From a virus (Duplodnaviria > Caudoviricetes), in IMG/VR virus record IMGVR_UViG_3300042475_001344, positions 1-30,677 of that record: a DNA stretch of 30,677 bases. The stretch is one strand, 5' to 3'. Under the pieces are notes generated by a model that had not been told where the DNA came from, made no database searches, and was given only the letters and a program-made list of their open reading frames with translations. Position numbers and translations under genes: made by a program. Shown piece after piece: positions 1 to 8,016 of the stretch; position 1 is the stretch's first letter, and each line of letters opens with the position of its first letter.

Positions 1-1059
1 TGCCGCGTCGCCAACAGCACGCCCATCGGCGCGGGCAGCGAGTACTCGCGGCTGGTCAGCACGGCACGCACGCGGGGCGAGCCACGGCTAGTCGAGTTGA
101 TGTACCACGACCACCCGGAGAAGGGGGCCGGGTCGCAGCACCGCATCGACGACGACGGGTCGGTCACCGGGTTCGCCGGGTCGCCGTTCGTGTGGACCCC
201 GTGGCTGGCGGAGCAGGTGCGCCGCCGTGACCGGGTTGACCTCGCGCAGAACGTCTTCGCGGAGAGCGTCGGCAGCGGGGCTGCGTTCTTCCCGTCGCAC
301 ATCGTCACCGCGCACCGCGACCAGCACGGGGCGGAGCCGCGACGGTGCGAGGTCCGCCGCGACCGGCTGGTGCCGGAGCCGCAGGGCCGGTGGCGGGTGT
401 GGGGGGAGCCGTCGCGCACGGCGGAGTACGTCGCGTTCATCGACCCGTCGCACGGCACGGGCAGTGCCAACAGCGCCGTCTGCGTCATGGACGCGCTGGC
501 CCGCCGGGTGGTGGCGGAGTTCGTGGACCCCAACATCGCGACGTACGACCTCGCGCTGGAGGTGGCGAACGCCATGCGCCGGGTGTGGCGTGGCAAGCGG
601 GCCACGCTGGTGGGGTGGGAGACCAACGGCCCGGGCGCGGCGTTGCAGCACGACTTCGACCGGGCGCAGTACCCCGCGATCTACCGCCAGCGGCAGACGG
701 GGACGACCAGCGAGCGTGCCACGCGGCGTGTGGGGTGGACCAGCACCAAGCGTGCCAAGCGTGCGCTGCTGGGGGACTTGAGTCGCGCCATCGCGCAGGG
801 CGAGGTGGAGATCCCCAGCATGGACTCGCTCGACGAGATGCTGGAGTACGTCATCCTCGACGACGGGAGCATCGAGGCCGGGTCTCGCCGTGACGAGACC
901 AGCGGTGCGCGTGAGGCGCACGGCGACCGTGTGATCGCGCTGGCCGGGGCGTTGATGCTGTGCGCGGAGGTTGGCGGTCCGGTCGAGGACGAGCCGCAGT
1001 ACAGCCCGGACACTTTGGGGTCAATCTTGCGTCACGACGACGTGATGCGCGAGTGGTGA
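1..1059 (+). CDS. terL: Terminase large subunit, C-terminal part (5'-truncated by window edge)
   Basis: Frame is open from base 1 (CRVANSTPIGAG..., containing the STP coupling motif). RNase H-like nuclease motifs FIDPSHG, VGWETNGPG, GWTST and AHGDRVIALA. Lies upstream of the portal gene. Confidence 0.9.
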   Translation, partial: CRVANSTPIGAGSEYSRLVSTARTRGEPRLVELMYHDHPEKGAGSQHRIDDDGSVTGFAGSPFVWTPWLAEQVRRRDRVDLAQNVFAESVGSGAAFFPSHIVTAHRDQHGAEPRRCEVRRDRLVPEPQGRWRVWGEPSRTAEYVAFIDPSHGTGSANSAVCVMDALARRVVAEFVDPNIATYDLALEVANAMRRVWRGKRATLVGWETNGPGAALQHDFDRAQYPAIYRQRQTGTTSERATRRVGWTSTKRAKRALLGDLSRAIAQGEVEIPSMDSLDEMLEYVILDDGSIEAGSRRDETSGAREAHGDRVIALAGALMLCAEVGGPVEDEPQYSPDTLGSILRHDDVMREW

Positions 1060-1075
1060 CGGTACGGTGGTGTGC

Positions 1076-1306
1076 ATGGCGAAGAAGTCGGTCAAGTTGA
1101 GTGTCGGTCGCGGCGAGAAGTTGCCCGCGTCGCGTGGTGCTGGGTTGACGGCGAAGGGCCGCGCCAAGCACAACCGTGCGACGGGTAGCAACCTCAAGGC
1201 ACCGACGAAGGACAAGGACAACCCGCGCCACAAGTCGTTCTGCGCCCGCAGTCGGTCGTGGACCGGCGAGCGTGGCAAGGCTGCCCGTCGAAGGTGGGGA
1301 TGCTGA
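1076..1306 (+). CDS. Small basic phage protein, DUF6321-like (76 aa)
   Basis: GAGLTAKGRAKHNRATGSNLKAP...RHKSFCAR...RRWGC matches a widespread small phage family found near packaging genes. ATG at 1076 chosen over GTG at 1067. Confidence 0.75.
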   Translation: MAKKSVKLSVGRGEKLPASRGAGLTAKGRAKHNRATGSNLKAPTKDKDNPRHKSFCARSRSWTGERGKAARRRWGC

Positions 1307-1307
1307 C

Positions 1308-1436
1308 ATGGCAAAGCGTTCACTCGTCGCGAACATCAACCGTCGCAAGCGCCTTGGGACATCGCGCCCCAAGTCGAAGTCAACCGTGAGCGCGAAGTCA
1401 TACGCCGCCATGAAGCGCGGCTGGAAGGGTAAGTGA
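1308..1436 (+). CDS. Small Lys/Arg-rich protein (42 aa)
   Basis: ATG 1 nt after the previous stop: MAKRSLVANINRRKRLGTSRPKSKSTVSAKSYAAMKRGWKGK. Its stop overlaps the next start (TGATG). Confidence 0.7.
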   Translation: MAKRSLVANINRRKRLGTSRPKSKSTVSAKSYAAMKRGWKGK

Positions 1437-1546
1437 TGCCGAAGGTAGGAAAGAAGAAGTTCCCGTACACCGCGAAGGGCAAGAAGGCCGCTGCGTCCTA
1501 CGCGAAGAAGACTGGCAAGGCCGTGAAGAAGACGAAGGGCTACTGA
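1436..1546 (+). CDS. Small Lys-rich protein (36 aa), not in ORF track
   Basis: MPKVGKKKFPYTAKGKKAAASYAKKTGKAVKKTKGY. TGATG overlap at both ends. Resembles the MP.V..K.FPYT..G phage miniprotein type. Confidence 0.75.
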   Translation: MPKVGKKKFPYTAKGKKAAASYAKKTGKAVKKTKGY

Positions 1547-1591
1547 TGCTCTTTGAGAGCGATCGCCCGTGAAGAAGAAGCGGAGCAAGCG

Positions 1592-1672
1592 GTGATCGCT
1601 GCGGTGCTGGCGATCATCGGTTTCCAGTTGCTGATGATCTGCATGATCATCCGCGAGATGCGAAAGATTTGA
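1592..1672 (+). CDS. Putative single-TM miniprotein (26 aa), not in ORF track
   Basis: GGAG at 1582-1585 then GTG: MIAAVLAIIGFQLLMICMIIREMRKI, a hydrophobic stretch with a basic tail. Ends 2 nt before the next ATG. Confidence 0.45.
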   Translation: MIAAVLAIIGFQLLMICMIIREMRKI

Positions 1673-1674
1673 CG

Positions 1675-2568
1675 ATGCCCCACGACTGGAAGGTCCACCA
1701 CAAGACCCGGAACATCCACGTCGTGGAGATTGAAGGCGTTCGCCCGTCGGAGTTTGAGCATTGGGTGTTGCTGTCGAGCGACCGTCACCATGACTCGACC
1801 CACGCGGACTGGGACTTAGAGCGCAAGCACCTTGAGGAGGCCGTCGAGCGCAATGCGACGGTGCTGGACTGTGGTGACCTGTTCGACTGCATGGGTGGGC
1901 GTTGGGATCCGAGAAGTTCAAAGGGCGAGATCAGAGAGGAATATGCGCTCGCCCCGGACTACCTCGATGCGATCGTGCGTGACGCTGCCCGGTTCTACTC
2001 GCCGTACGCGAAGCAGTTCGCGTGCATCGGGCGTGGCAACCATGAGACAGCGATCACCAAGCGCCATGAGGTGGACCTGACGGAGCGCCTGTGCGGTGCC
2101 ATGTCGCAGATCAGCGGCATCCCCGTGATGGCGAGCGGGTACGGCGGGTGGGTGGTGTTCCGTGCGCGGGTGTGGGGTACGACGGAGGTGAACCTCCGGC
2201 TACGTTGGTTCCACGGCAGTGGTGGCGGTGGCCCGATGAGCCACGGGGTCTTGACGACCCGCCGGATGGCGTCGTGGCTTCCTGACGCTGACGTGGTGGT
2301 GAGTGGCCACACGCACGATCACTGGCACGTCAAGTTGATGAGGGAGCGATTGGTCACCACCAAGGGTGACTACCGGATTGGTCTGACGGAGCAGCACCAT
2401 GTTCGCACCCCCTCCTACAAGCAGGAGTGGAACGACGGCTGGGGTGGCTGGCACGTCGAGACCGGGAAGCCGCCGAAGCCTCAGGGTGCCATGTGGATGA
2501 AGTTGACGATGGCGGACACCAAGCACGAGGGGATGCGGCTGATTGCCACCTTCACGGAGGCGAACTAA
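1675..2568 (+). CDS. Calcineurin-like metallophosphoesterase
   Basis: All five metal-binding motifs in order: SDRH (DxH), GDLFD, GNHE, FHG, GHTH. Confidence 0.9.
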   Translation: MPHDWKVHHKTRNIHVVEIEGVRPSEFEHWVLLSSDRHHDSTHADWDLERKHLEEAVERNATVLDCGDLFDCMGGRWDPRSSKGEIREEYALAPDYLDAIVRDAARFYSPYAKQFACIGRGNHETAITKRHEVDLTERLCGAMSQISGIPVMASGYGGWVVFRARVWGTTEVNLRLRWFHGSGGGGPMSHGVLTTRRMASWLPDADVVVSGHTHDHWHVKLMRERLVTTKGDYRIGLTEQHHVRTPSYKQEWNDGWGGWHVETGKPPKPQGAMWMKLTMADTKHEGMRLIATFTEAN

Positions 2569-2665
2569 ATCCATGTTGCGGCACGGGGCCGTGGCGTGTC
2601 GTTTGTAGAGTGATTCGGCCCAAGACGGGCGACCGCAAGCCGACGGAATCGGCGCAAGGAATGCG

Positions 2666-2773
2666 ATGAAGAAGAAGACGAATGTTGACGTGAAGAAGAT
2701 GGCTGGCAAGGTTGCGACTGCCAAGACCGCTTCGGGCATGAAGGTCGCAGCGATGAAGCCCCGGAAGAAGTGA
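2666..2773 (+). CDS. Small Lys-rich protein (35 aa), not in ORF track
   Basis: AAGGA SD at 2656-2660. MKKKTNVDVKKMAGKVATAKTASGMKVAAMKPRKK. TGATG overlap with the next gene. Confidence 0.65.
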   Translation: MKKKTNVDVKKMAGKVATAKTASGMKVAAMKPRKK

Positions 2774-2991
2774 TGATCGTCCGCGTAGGAGCCAACTACT
2801 TTCCCGTGGATGCGATCGACCGCATCTACGACCGTGGTGACCGCTTGGTCGTGTGGGCGAGCGGCACGACGTACGAGGTCGCTGGTGCTGAACGCGATGC
2901 GGTGCTTGACCAGTTGAAACTCCTCATGCCGCGTGAGCATGTGGAAGAGTCGAGGGAGTTTGCGCCCGTGAAGGGCAGGAGGAAGTCGTGA
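2773..2991 (+). CDS. Hypothetical protein (72 aa)
   Basis: MIVRVGANYFPVDAIDRI... is coupled by TGATG overlaps on both sides. Small beta/alpha domain with a basic tail. Confidence 0.7.
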   Translation: MIVRVGANYFPVDAIDRIYDRGDRLVVWASGTTYEVAGAERDAVLDQLKLLMPREHVEESREFAPVKGRRKS

Positions 2992-3125
2992 TGTACGGCA
3001 AGAAGAGTGGTGGATGCGCGTCGAGCCGCCGTGGCAAGAACGGTGGCCGCGACGGTGCGAAGGGTGGCGGTTACGGCGGAGCCAAGGGTGGCGGCAAGGG
3101 CGGCCCGAAGGGGAAGAAGCGATGA
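2991..3125 (+). CDS. Small Gly/Lys-rich protein (44 aa), not in ORF track
   Basis: Strong AGGAGG SD around 2977-2982. MYGKKSGGCASSRRGKNGGRDGAKGGGYGGAKGGGKGGPKGKKR. Stop overlaps the portal start (ATGA). Confidence 0.75.
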   Translation: MYGKKSGGCASSRRGKNGGRDGAKGGGYGGAKGGGKGGPKGKKR

Positions 3126-4864
3126 TGAAGTTCGATCTGGCTTCTCTGGTGCGCGAGATCGAGAGCGCGGAATCGTTCCGCGACACTCATCTTGTGGAGT
3201 GGAAGAGCCTGATCGAGCGTTTCCACGGGCCGTCATACCGCGAGTCGCGGGAGCAGATGGACGACCCGGAGAACTTCATCCTTGAGTACATCGCCCTGTT
3301 GCTGCCCCGGATCGTGCATGACAACCCGACGGTGCGCGTGAAGAGCGCGAGGCCGGTCAGCCAGTCGGAGGCTGCCGGCGTGTTGCAGGTTGGCATCAAC
3401 CGGTGGTGCAAGATGGTGGGTATTCGGAACACCCTTGAGCGGATTGCGACGGACATGCTGCTGGCCTACGGGGTGGCGCTGACCGTGAACGAGCCGCGCA
3501 AGGGCTATGTGACGAGCCTGACTGAGGATCCGTACCTGCCCCGGGTGTACCGGATCAGCCCGGACCGGTTCTTCATCGACCCGGCTGCCACGCACTTGGA
3601 CGAGGCCCGGTACATGGGCCACTGCTGGATCACCGACCGCGACGACCTGCTCGCAAGTGCCGAGTCTGACAAGACTTGGGATATCGACGTGATCGAGCGC
3701 GTGGCTGCCAACACTGGGGTCAGCGATGTCCGCGACGACGTAGACATCGACCGCAACATTCCCGACCGCAAGGAGTTGGTGGTGTACGAAGTGTGGGTGC
3801 CTGAACTGCACGACGAGGCTGCGGAGTTGATCGACTCCGTGACGGATCGTGCGATGTTCAACGGCACGATCTACACGGTGGTGAAGGGGCAGGCTGAGAG
3901 CGGCAAGCCGGCGAATATGGGTATGGCCCGTGCGCCGCGTCCGTACTACGGGCCGAGGACCGGGCCGTATACGGTATTCGGTGTGTATACGGTGCCTGAA
4001 GATCCGTACCCGCTGTCTCCGATCATGGCTCTGATGCCGCAGATCGACGACGTGAACATGCACCTTCGGAACATGCGGTACAGCGCCAGCGCGTACAAGC
4101 GCCTGCTGGCGGTGGACGCACGCAACGCCAAGATGGCGCAGGACATCCGCGACCGCGAGGATCTCTATGTGGTGCTGGCGGACAACCTTGATCCTGACGC
4201 GCTCCGCACGATCGAGGTCGGTGGGATCACGGCGCAGCAGGTCCAGTACGCGGCGATGGCTCAGGACCGTCTGGACCGGGTGTCTGGCATCCACGACGCC
4301 ATGCGCGGCAATGTGAGCGGCAACGCCACGGCGACCGAGGTGCAGGTGGCGGAGAGTTCCAGCGGCCTTCGGATCAGCCACCTGAAGCGTCAGTTTCAGG
4401 AGTCGGTGAACCGTTGCCTGCGGTCGGTGGGCTGGTTCATGTTCTACGACGACAAGGTGGTGTTCCCGGTCGGCGAGGACGGGATTTCCATCATGGGCGA
4501 GCCGGAGCCGATCTTCTCCGCGATGGCGATGGTTGGGGTGTTTGACGACCTCGACATCGACGTGGAGGCGTACAGCATGGAGCGGGTCAGCGAGGGTCTG
4601 CTCCAGCGCCGGTCGGTCGAGTTGCTTCAGGTCATCGGCAACATCAGTCAGGCGGTGGTGGCTGCCCCGCATGTGGACTGGAAGCAAGTGCTGTCGGTGG
4701 TCGGCAACGCGATGAATATGCCCAATCTGGGCGACATGATCGACATGCGTGCCGTCCAACAGATGCGGGGTCAGGCCCAGCAGGCCGCCGGCGGCGCTCA
4801 GGCCGGCACGGCGCAACCCCGGTCCATGCAAGAAATTATTTCAGAAGTTGAGGGCCGGCGCTGA
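3122..4864 (+). CDS. Portal protein (P22-like)
   Basis: About 580 aa from ATG 3122 (or 3125). Portal-type segments RISPDRFFIDP, VSGIHDAMRG...ATATEV and a Gln-rich C-terminus. Position between terminase and scaffold/capsid. Confidence 0.88.
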   Translation: MMKFDLASLVREIESAESFRDTHLVEWKSLIERFHGPSYRESREQMDDPENFILEYIALLLPRIVHDNPTVRVKSARPVSQSEAAGVLQVGINRWCKMVGIRNTLERIATDMLLAYGVALTVNEPRKGYVTSLTEDPYLPRVYRISPDRFFIDPAATHLDEARYMGHCWITDRDDLLASAESDKTWDIDVIERVAANTGVSDVRDDVDIDRNIPDRKELVVYEVWVPELHDEAAELIDSVTDRAMFNGTIYTVVKGQAESGKPANMGMARAPRPYYGPRTGPYTVFGVYTVPEDPYPLSPIMALMPQIDDVNMHLRNMRYSASAYKRLLAVDARNAKMAQDIRDREDLYVVLADNLDPDALRTIEVGGITAQQVQYAAMAQDRLDRVSGIHDAMRGNVSGNATATEVQVAESSSGLRISHLKRQFQESVNRCLRSVGWFMFYDDKVVFPVGEDGISIMGEPEPIFSAMAMVGVFDDLDIDVEAYSMERVSEGLLQRRSVELLQVIGNISQAVVAAPHVDWKQVLSVVGNAMNMPNLGDMIDMRAVQQMRGQAQQAAGGAQAGTAQPRSMQEIISEVEGRR

Positions 4865-5160
4865 TGCCCCTGTACCCTTTTATCGACGAGGCCACTGGCG
4901 AGACTGTCGAGTTGATGTACTCGATGTCTGAGGCTCCCAGCATTGGCACAACCGTCGAGGTGGATGGCCGTGTGTTGACGAGGGTGGTCGCTGACTACCA
5001 GATCGACCCAGCCACGAACCGCTCCCAGTATCCGTATGTGTCGTCGTCGCTGCCTCGCAACCTTGAGGGATGCACGACGAACAGCCAAGGCAAGCCAGTG
5101 ATCATGTCTCGTAGGCATGAACGTGAGGTGATGTCGAGGCACGGGTATGCGAAGGAGTAG
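4864..5160 (+). CDS. FmdB-like small protein lacking zinc-ribbon cysteines
   Basis: MPLYPFIDEATGETVELMYSMSE follows the MPxYxYxCxxCG..FE...SM pattern of FmdB-family proteins. TGATG overlap with the portal stop. Confidence 0.6.
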   Translation: MPLYPFIDEATGETVELMYSMSEAPSIGTTVEVDGRVLTRVVADYQIDPATNRSQYPYVSSSLPRNLEGCTTNSQGKPVIMSRRHEREVMSRHGYAKE

Positions 5161-5166
5161 GACAGC

Positions 5167-6069
5167 GTGGCTGAACCCAAGGACGGCGTGACCGAGGCAG
5201 AAGAGCCGAAGGTCGAGGCAGAGATCGAGAATCCAGTCGAGGCAGCGGCGGAAGAGCCTGTTGCTGATCCCGTGACGAGCGAACCCCTTGGTAGGGACGC
5301 AGACGACGAGGTCTTGGATCGACTGTTGGGCGAGTCGGAGCAGAAGGAGGAACCTGCTCCGGTCAAGCCAGATGCTGATCTCGATCGGGCATACCAGATT
5401 CTCAAGCGCGATGGTGTGCCTGATGACATCCTCAAGTCCGTGTCCAAGGACACGCTGATGGCGTGGGCCGGCAAGGCCGGCAAGCGCCAGACTGACGTGG
5501 ACGGATACGGCAAGAGGATGAAGGCGCTTGAAGCCGAGAATGCCCAGTTGAAGTCCGGGCGCAAGGCTGGCGACGAGGAGTTGGAATCCTTCGATGAGGA
5601 ATCCGACAACCCGCGTGGCAAGCCGGATACGGACGACGACGACGCAGGATCGGACGAGGACTCCAAGGATCCGCGCTACACGGCGCTGTCCGAAGAGGTC
5701 TCAAAGTTGCGCCTGCAACAGCAGGAGCAGCAGTTGCGTGGGCTGCAAACCCAAGTCGAGCAGGCCATCACGTTCGTTCAGGGTCAATACGGGAACCCGG
5801 TTGACGCGAACGCAGTGCTGGCCGAAATGGATCGTCTTGGGCGAAGCAAGCCCGGTACCTACCCAACCATGATTCACTTGGCGCAGGAGGCTTTCGCCAA
5901 CATTGCAGGTCCGGCCCGGGATCCCCGGCGCGTAGGACAGCCGACAGCACGACCGACCGTAGGCAGGAACGAGCGTCCCACGACGCCCGCCGACGCCGAG
6001 GACGCAGTTCTGGAAGCACTGCTTGAAGGGCGAAGCCTTTCCGAAGCCAAGCGACTGACACGAAAGTGA
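5167..6069 (+). CDS. Capsid scaffolding protein
   Basis: Highly acidic, disordered and coiled-coil 300-aa protein directly upstream of the major capsid gene. Confidence 0.75.
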   Translation: MAEPKDGVTEAEEPKVEAEIENPVEAAAEEPVADPVTSEPLGRDADDEVLDRLLGESEQKEEPAPVKPDADLDRAYQILKRDGVPDDILKSVSKDTLMAWAGKAGKRQTDVDGYGKRMKALEAENAQLKSGRKAGDEELESFDEESDNPRGKPDTDDDDAGSDEDSKDPRYTALSEEVSKLRLQQQEQQLRGLQTQVEQAITFVQGQYGNPVDANAVLAEMDRLGRSKPGTYPTMIHLAQEAFANIAGPARDPRRVGQPTARPTVGRNERPTTPADAEDAVLEALLEGRSLSEAKRLTRK

Positions 6070-6076
6070 GCCACAA

Positions 6077-7372
6077 ATGGCCGGAACCCCGATTCAGACC
6101 TTCAACGACTTCATGAATGCGACTGGTCCCACCTACCTGACCAGCGCCGATCAGGTGATCAACGAGGCCGTCAAGAACACCTACGCCTTCAGCCGCCTTC
6201 TCAAGGAGAAGACCAGCGAGGCCACGGTTCAGGGCGGCAACGAGATCCGCGACGTGATCATGTTCGATGACGCATCGACCTACGATCACTACCTTCCCAA
6301 CGACACGTTCACTTGGCGCAACGCCAACGTGACCGACACGGTGCGTGCGCCGTGGCGCTTCTCGATCGACCACATGGCGTGGACCGATCACGAAGTGGAA
6401 CTCAACAGCGGCTCCGGCTCGACCCGCGATTACGTCAAGGCGCAGTACAAGCGTCTGAAGCGGATCAAGGAACAGCGCATGTGGACCTCGCTGACCAACG
6501 GGTTTGAGAACGACCTGTGGGCGACTCCGTTCGGCAACTACGCCAACATGGAGGGCAACGCCGGCAGCCTGCCGTTCTCGCTCGCCTCGTTCATCACCGA
6601 AGCCCCGCTGCTCACCAGCGTCTTCGGCGATCCCCGTGGCGGCGCTCCGCTGGGCTGGACCAACGTGATGAATCTGGACCCCACCAGCGAGAACCGCTGG
6701 TCGAACCAGATCTCGTACTACGACCCGGATGCCACGGACCCCAACGTCAAGTTGACTTCGTACTCTGGCATCGAGAACGTCCGTGACGGTTCGACGACCT
6801 ACAGCGCCATGATCGGTGGTCTCCTGACGGCCTTCGACGAGATGTTCCTGAAGTTGGACTTCCGTACTCCCAGCACCCGCGCCGAGTACTTTGAGAAGCC
6901 CTCGATGAACCGCCAGATGATCCTCTGCTCGCGCATCGGGATCAACAACTACAAGCAGGCTCTGCGTGCCAGCAATGACACGCTGGTGTCGTATCAGGAT
7001 CCGGCGTACAACGCGCCGACCTACAGCGGCATCGAACTGATGTACTGCTCCAACCTTGACACCGCTGCGATCTACCCAGCCCTTAGCACCGGTTCAGTTC
7101 GTACGGCTCACAACGGTGCGATCAGCGCAGCAAGCACGACTGCTGGTGCAACGGAAGTGAGCGCATCTACCATCGACAGCGGCGCTCGTTACTGGTGGGT
7201 CAACGGCAACTACCTGACGCCGATCTTCCACAGCCGCCGCTACTTTGAGAAGCACGAAGTGCTGCGTCACCCCAACCAGCCGTTCACCTACGTTCAGGTG
7301 GTGGACTGCTGGTGGAACCTGTTCTGCAACAGCCGTCAGCGTCAGGGCATCGTCGCCCCGCTCGCAACCTGA
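6077..7372 (+). CDS. Major capsid protein (HK97 fold inferred)
   Basis: 431 aa with strongly C/G-ending codons. Motifs VQGGNEI, E.ELNSG, W.NQ and C-terminal NLFCNSRQRQG. Follows the scaffold and precedes a hairpin. Confidence 0.88.
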   Translation: MAGTPIQTFNDFMNATGPTYLTSADQVINEAVKNTYAFSRLLKEKTSEATVQGGNEIRDVIMFDDASTYDHYLPNDTFTWRNANVTDTVRAPWRFSIDHMAWTDHEVELNSGSGSTRDYVKAQYKRLKRIKEQRMWTSLTNGFENDLWATPFGNYANMEGNAGSLPFSLASFITEAPLLTSVFGDPRGGAPLGWTNVMNLDPTSENRWSNQISYYDPDATDPNVKLTSYSGIENVRDGSTTYSAMIGGLLTAFDEMFLKLDFRTPSTRAEYFEKPSMNRQMILCSRIGINNYKQALRASNDTLVSYQDPAYNAPTYSGIELMYCSNLDTAAIYPALSTGSVRTAHNGAISAASTTAGATEVSASTIDSGARYWWVNGNYLTPIFHSRRYFEKHEVLRHPNQPFTYVQVVDCWWNLFCNSRQRQGIVAPLAT

Positions 7373-7391
7373 TCTGTCCTGAGTCAATCAA

Positions 7392-7421
7392 TGGGGGGCT
7401 GGTTGACCAGCCCCCCAGTTT
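7392..7421 (+). terminator. Stem-loop after the capsid gene (probable leaky terminator or mRNA stabiliser)
   Basis: TGGGGGGCTGG-TTGA-CCAGCCCCCCA, an 11-bp perfect stem followed only by GTTTC. Confidence 0.65.
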
Positions 7422-7454
7422 CAAACACAACTCCAACGTAAGGAATCCATACAC

Positions 7455-7958
7455 ATGTTTCTTGCTCCCACTTCAGGCGACATCGGCGTTCAGCCCCACG
7501 GCCACACTGCCCGTGTCATCAACCGCAGCGGCGGCGCTCTCGTCGTCGGCGACCTCGTCGTGACCTCGTTCGCTCACAGCGGTGTTGTGTACCCCGCTAC
7601 CACCATCGCCGAGACCCGTCTCACCCCGTTCGCCAACGTGGTCAAGGCGGACGGCAATGCCAGCACCCCGGGATACCTTGGTGCTGTCGTTGACGTTGGC
7701 TCCTCGTCGGGTGCCAACAACACCGAAGTGGTCGTTCAGTTTGGTGGGGCCGCGAAGGTGAAGACCACTGCCACTGGTGCGGTCTCGATCGGTAGCGTCC
7801 TTGGCATCGCTGATGCCTCTGGCGGCCTTATTGACTCGACTGGTGTATCGACCTCTACCTATCCCGCTGGCATCGCCTTGCAGGCTCTGGCTAGTGGAAC
7901 GGCAGTCATCGATGTTCTTCTGCCCAACGACATCTGGATGTACGCTGACATCGCCTGA
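7455..7958 (+). CDS. Capsid decoration/cement-like protein
   Basis: 167-aa Gly/Ala/Thr/Val-rich protein right after the MCP, with GDLVV, VQFGG, GIALQA..IDV pattern typical of cement proteins. AAGGA SD. Confidence 0.7.
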   Translation: MFLAPTSGDIGVQPHGHTARVINRSGGALVVGDLVVTSFAHSGVVYPATTIAETRLTPFANVVKADGNASTPGYLGAVVDVGSSSGANNTEVVVQFGGAAKVKTTATGAVSIGSVLGIADASGGLIDSTGVSTSTYPAGIALQALASGTAVIDVLLPNDIWMYADIA

Positions 7959-7980
7959 TCGGTCCTGATCCCAACAATCC

Positions 7981-8010
7981 CGGCTGGCTGGGGGAAACCT
8001 CAGCCAGCCG
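7981..8010 (+). terminator. Stem-loop after the decoration gene
   Basis: CGGCTGGCTGGGG-GAAA-CCTCAGCCAGCCG, a 13-bp stem (one G-U) with a GNRA loop and no U-tract. Confidence 0.55.
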
Positions 8011-8016
8011 CTTCCA

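Noticed and set aside
1176-1307. Upstream extension of the 1176-1436 ORF
   Set aside because: Overlaps the DUF6321-like gene; the ATG at 1308 directly after its stop is the more plausible start.
2569-2665. tRNA or known ncRNA gene
   Set aside because: No cloverleaf, T-loop consensus or CCA end; only short hairpins, kept as a low-interest finding.
3014-3121. N-terminal extension of the portal given by the ORF track
   Set aside because: Better explained by the overlapping 44-aa Gly/Lys gene with a strong SD; the portal more plausibly starts at 3122 or 3125.
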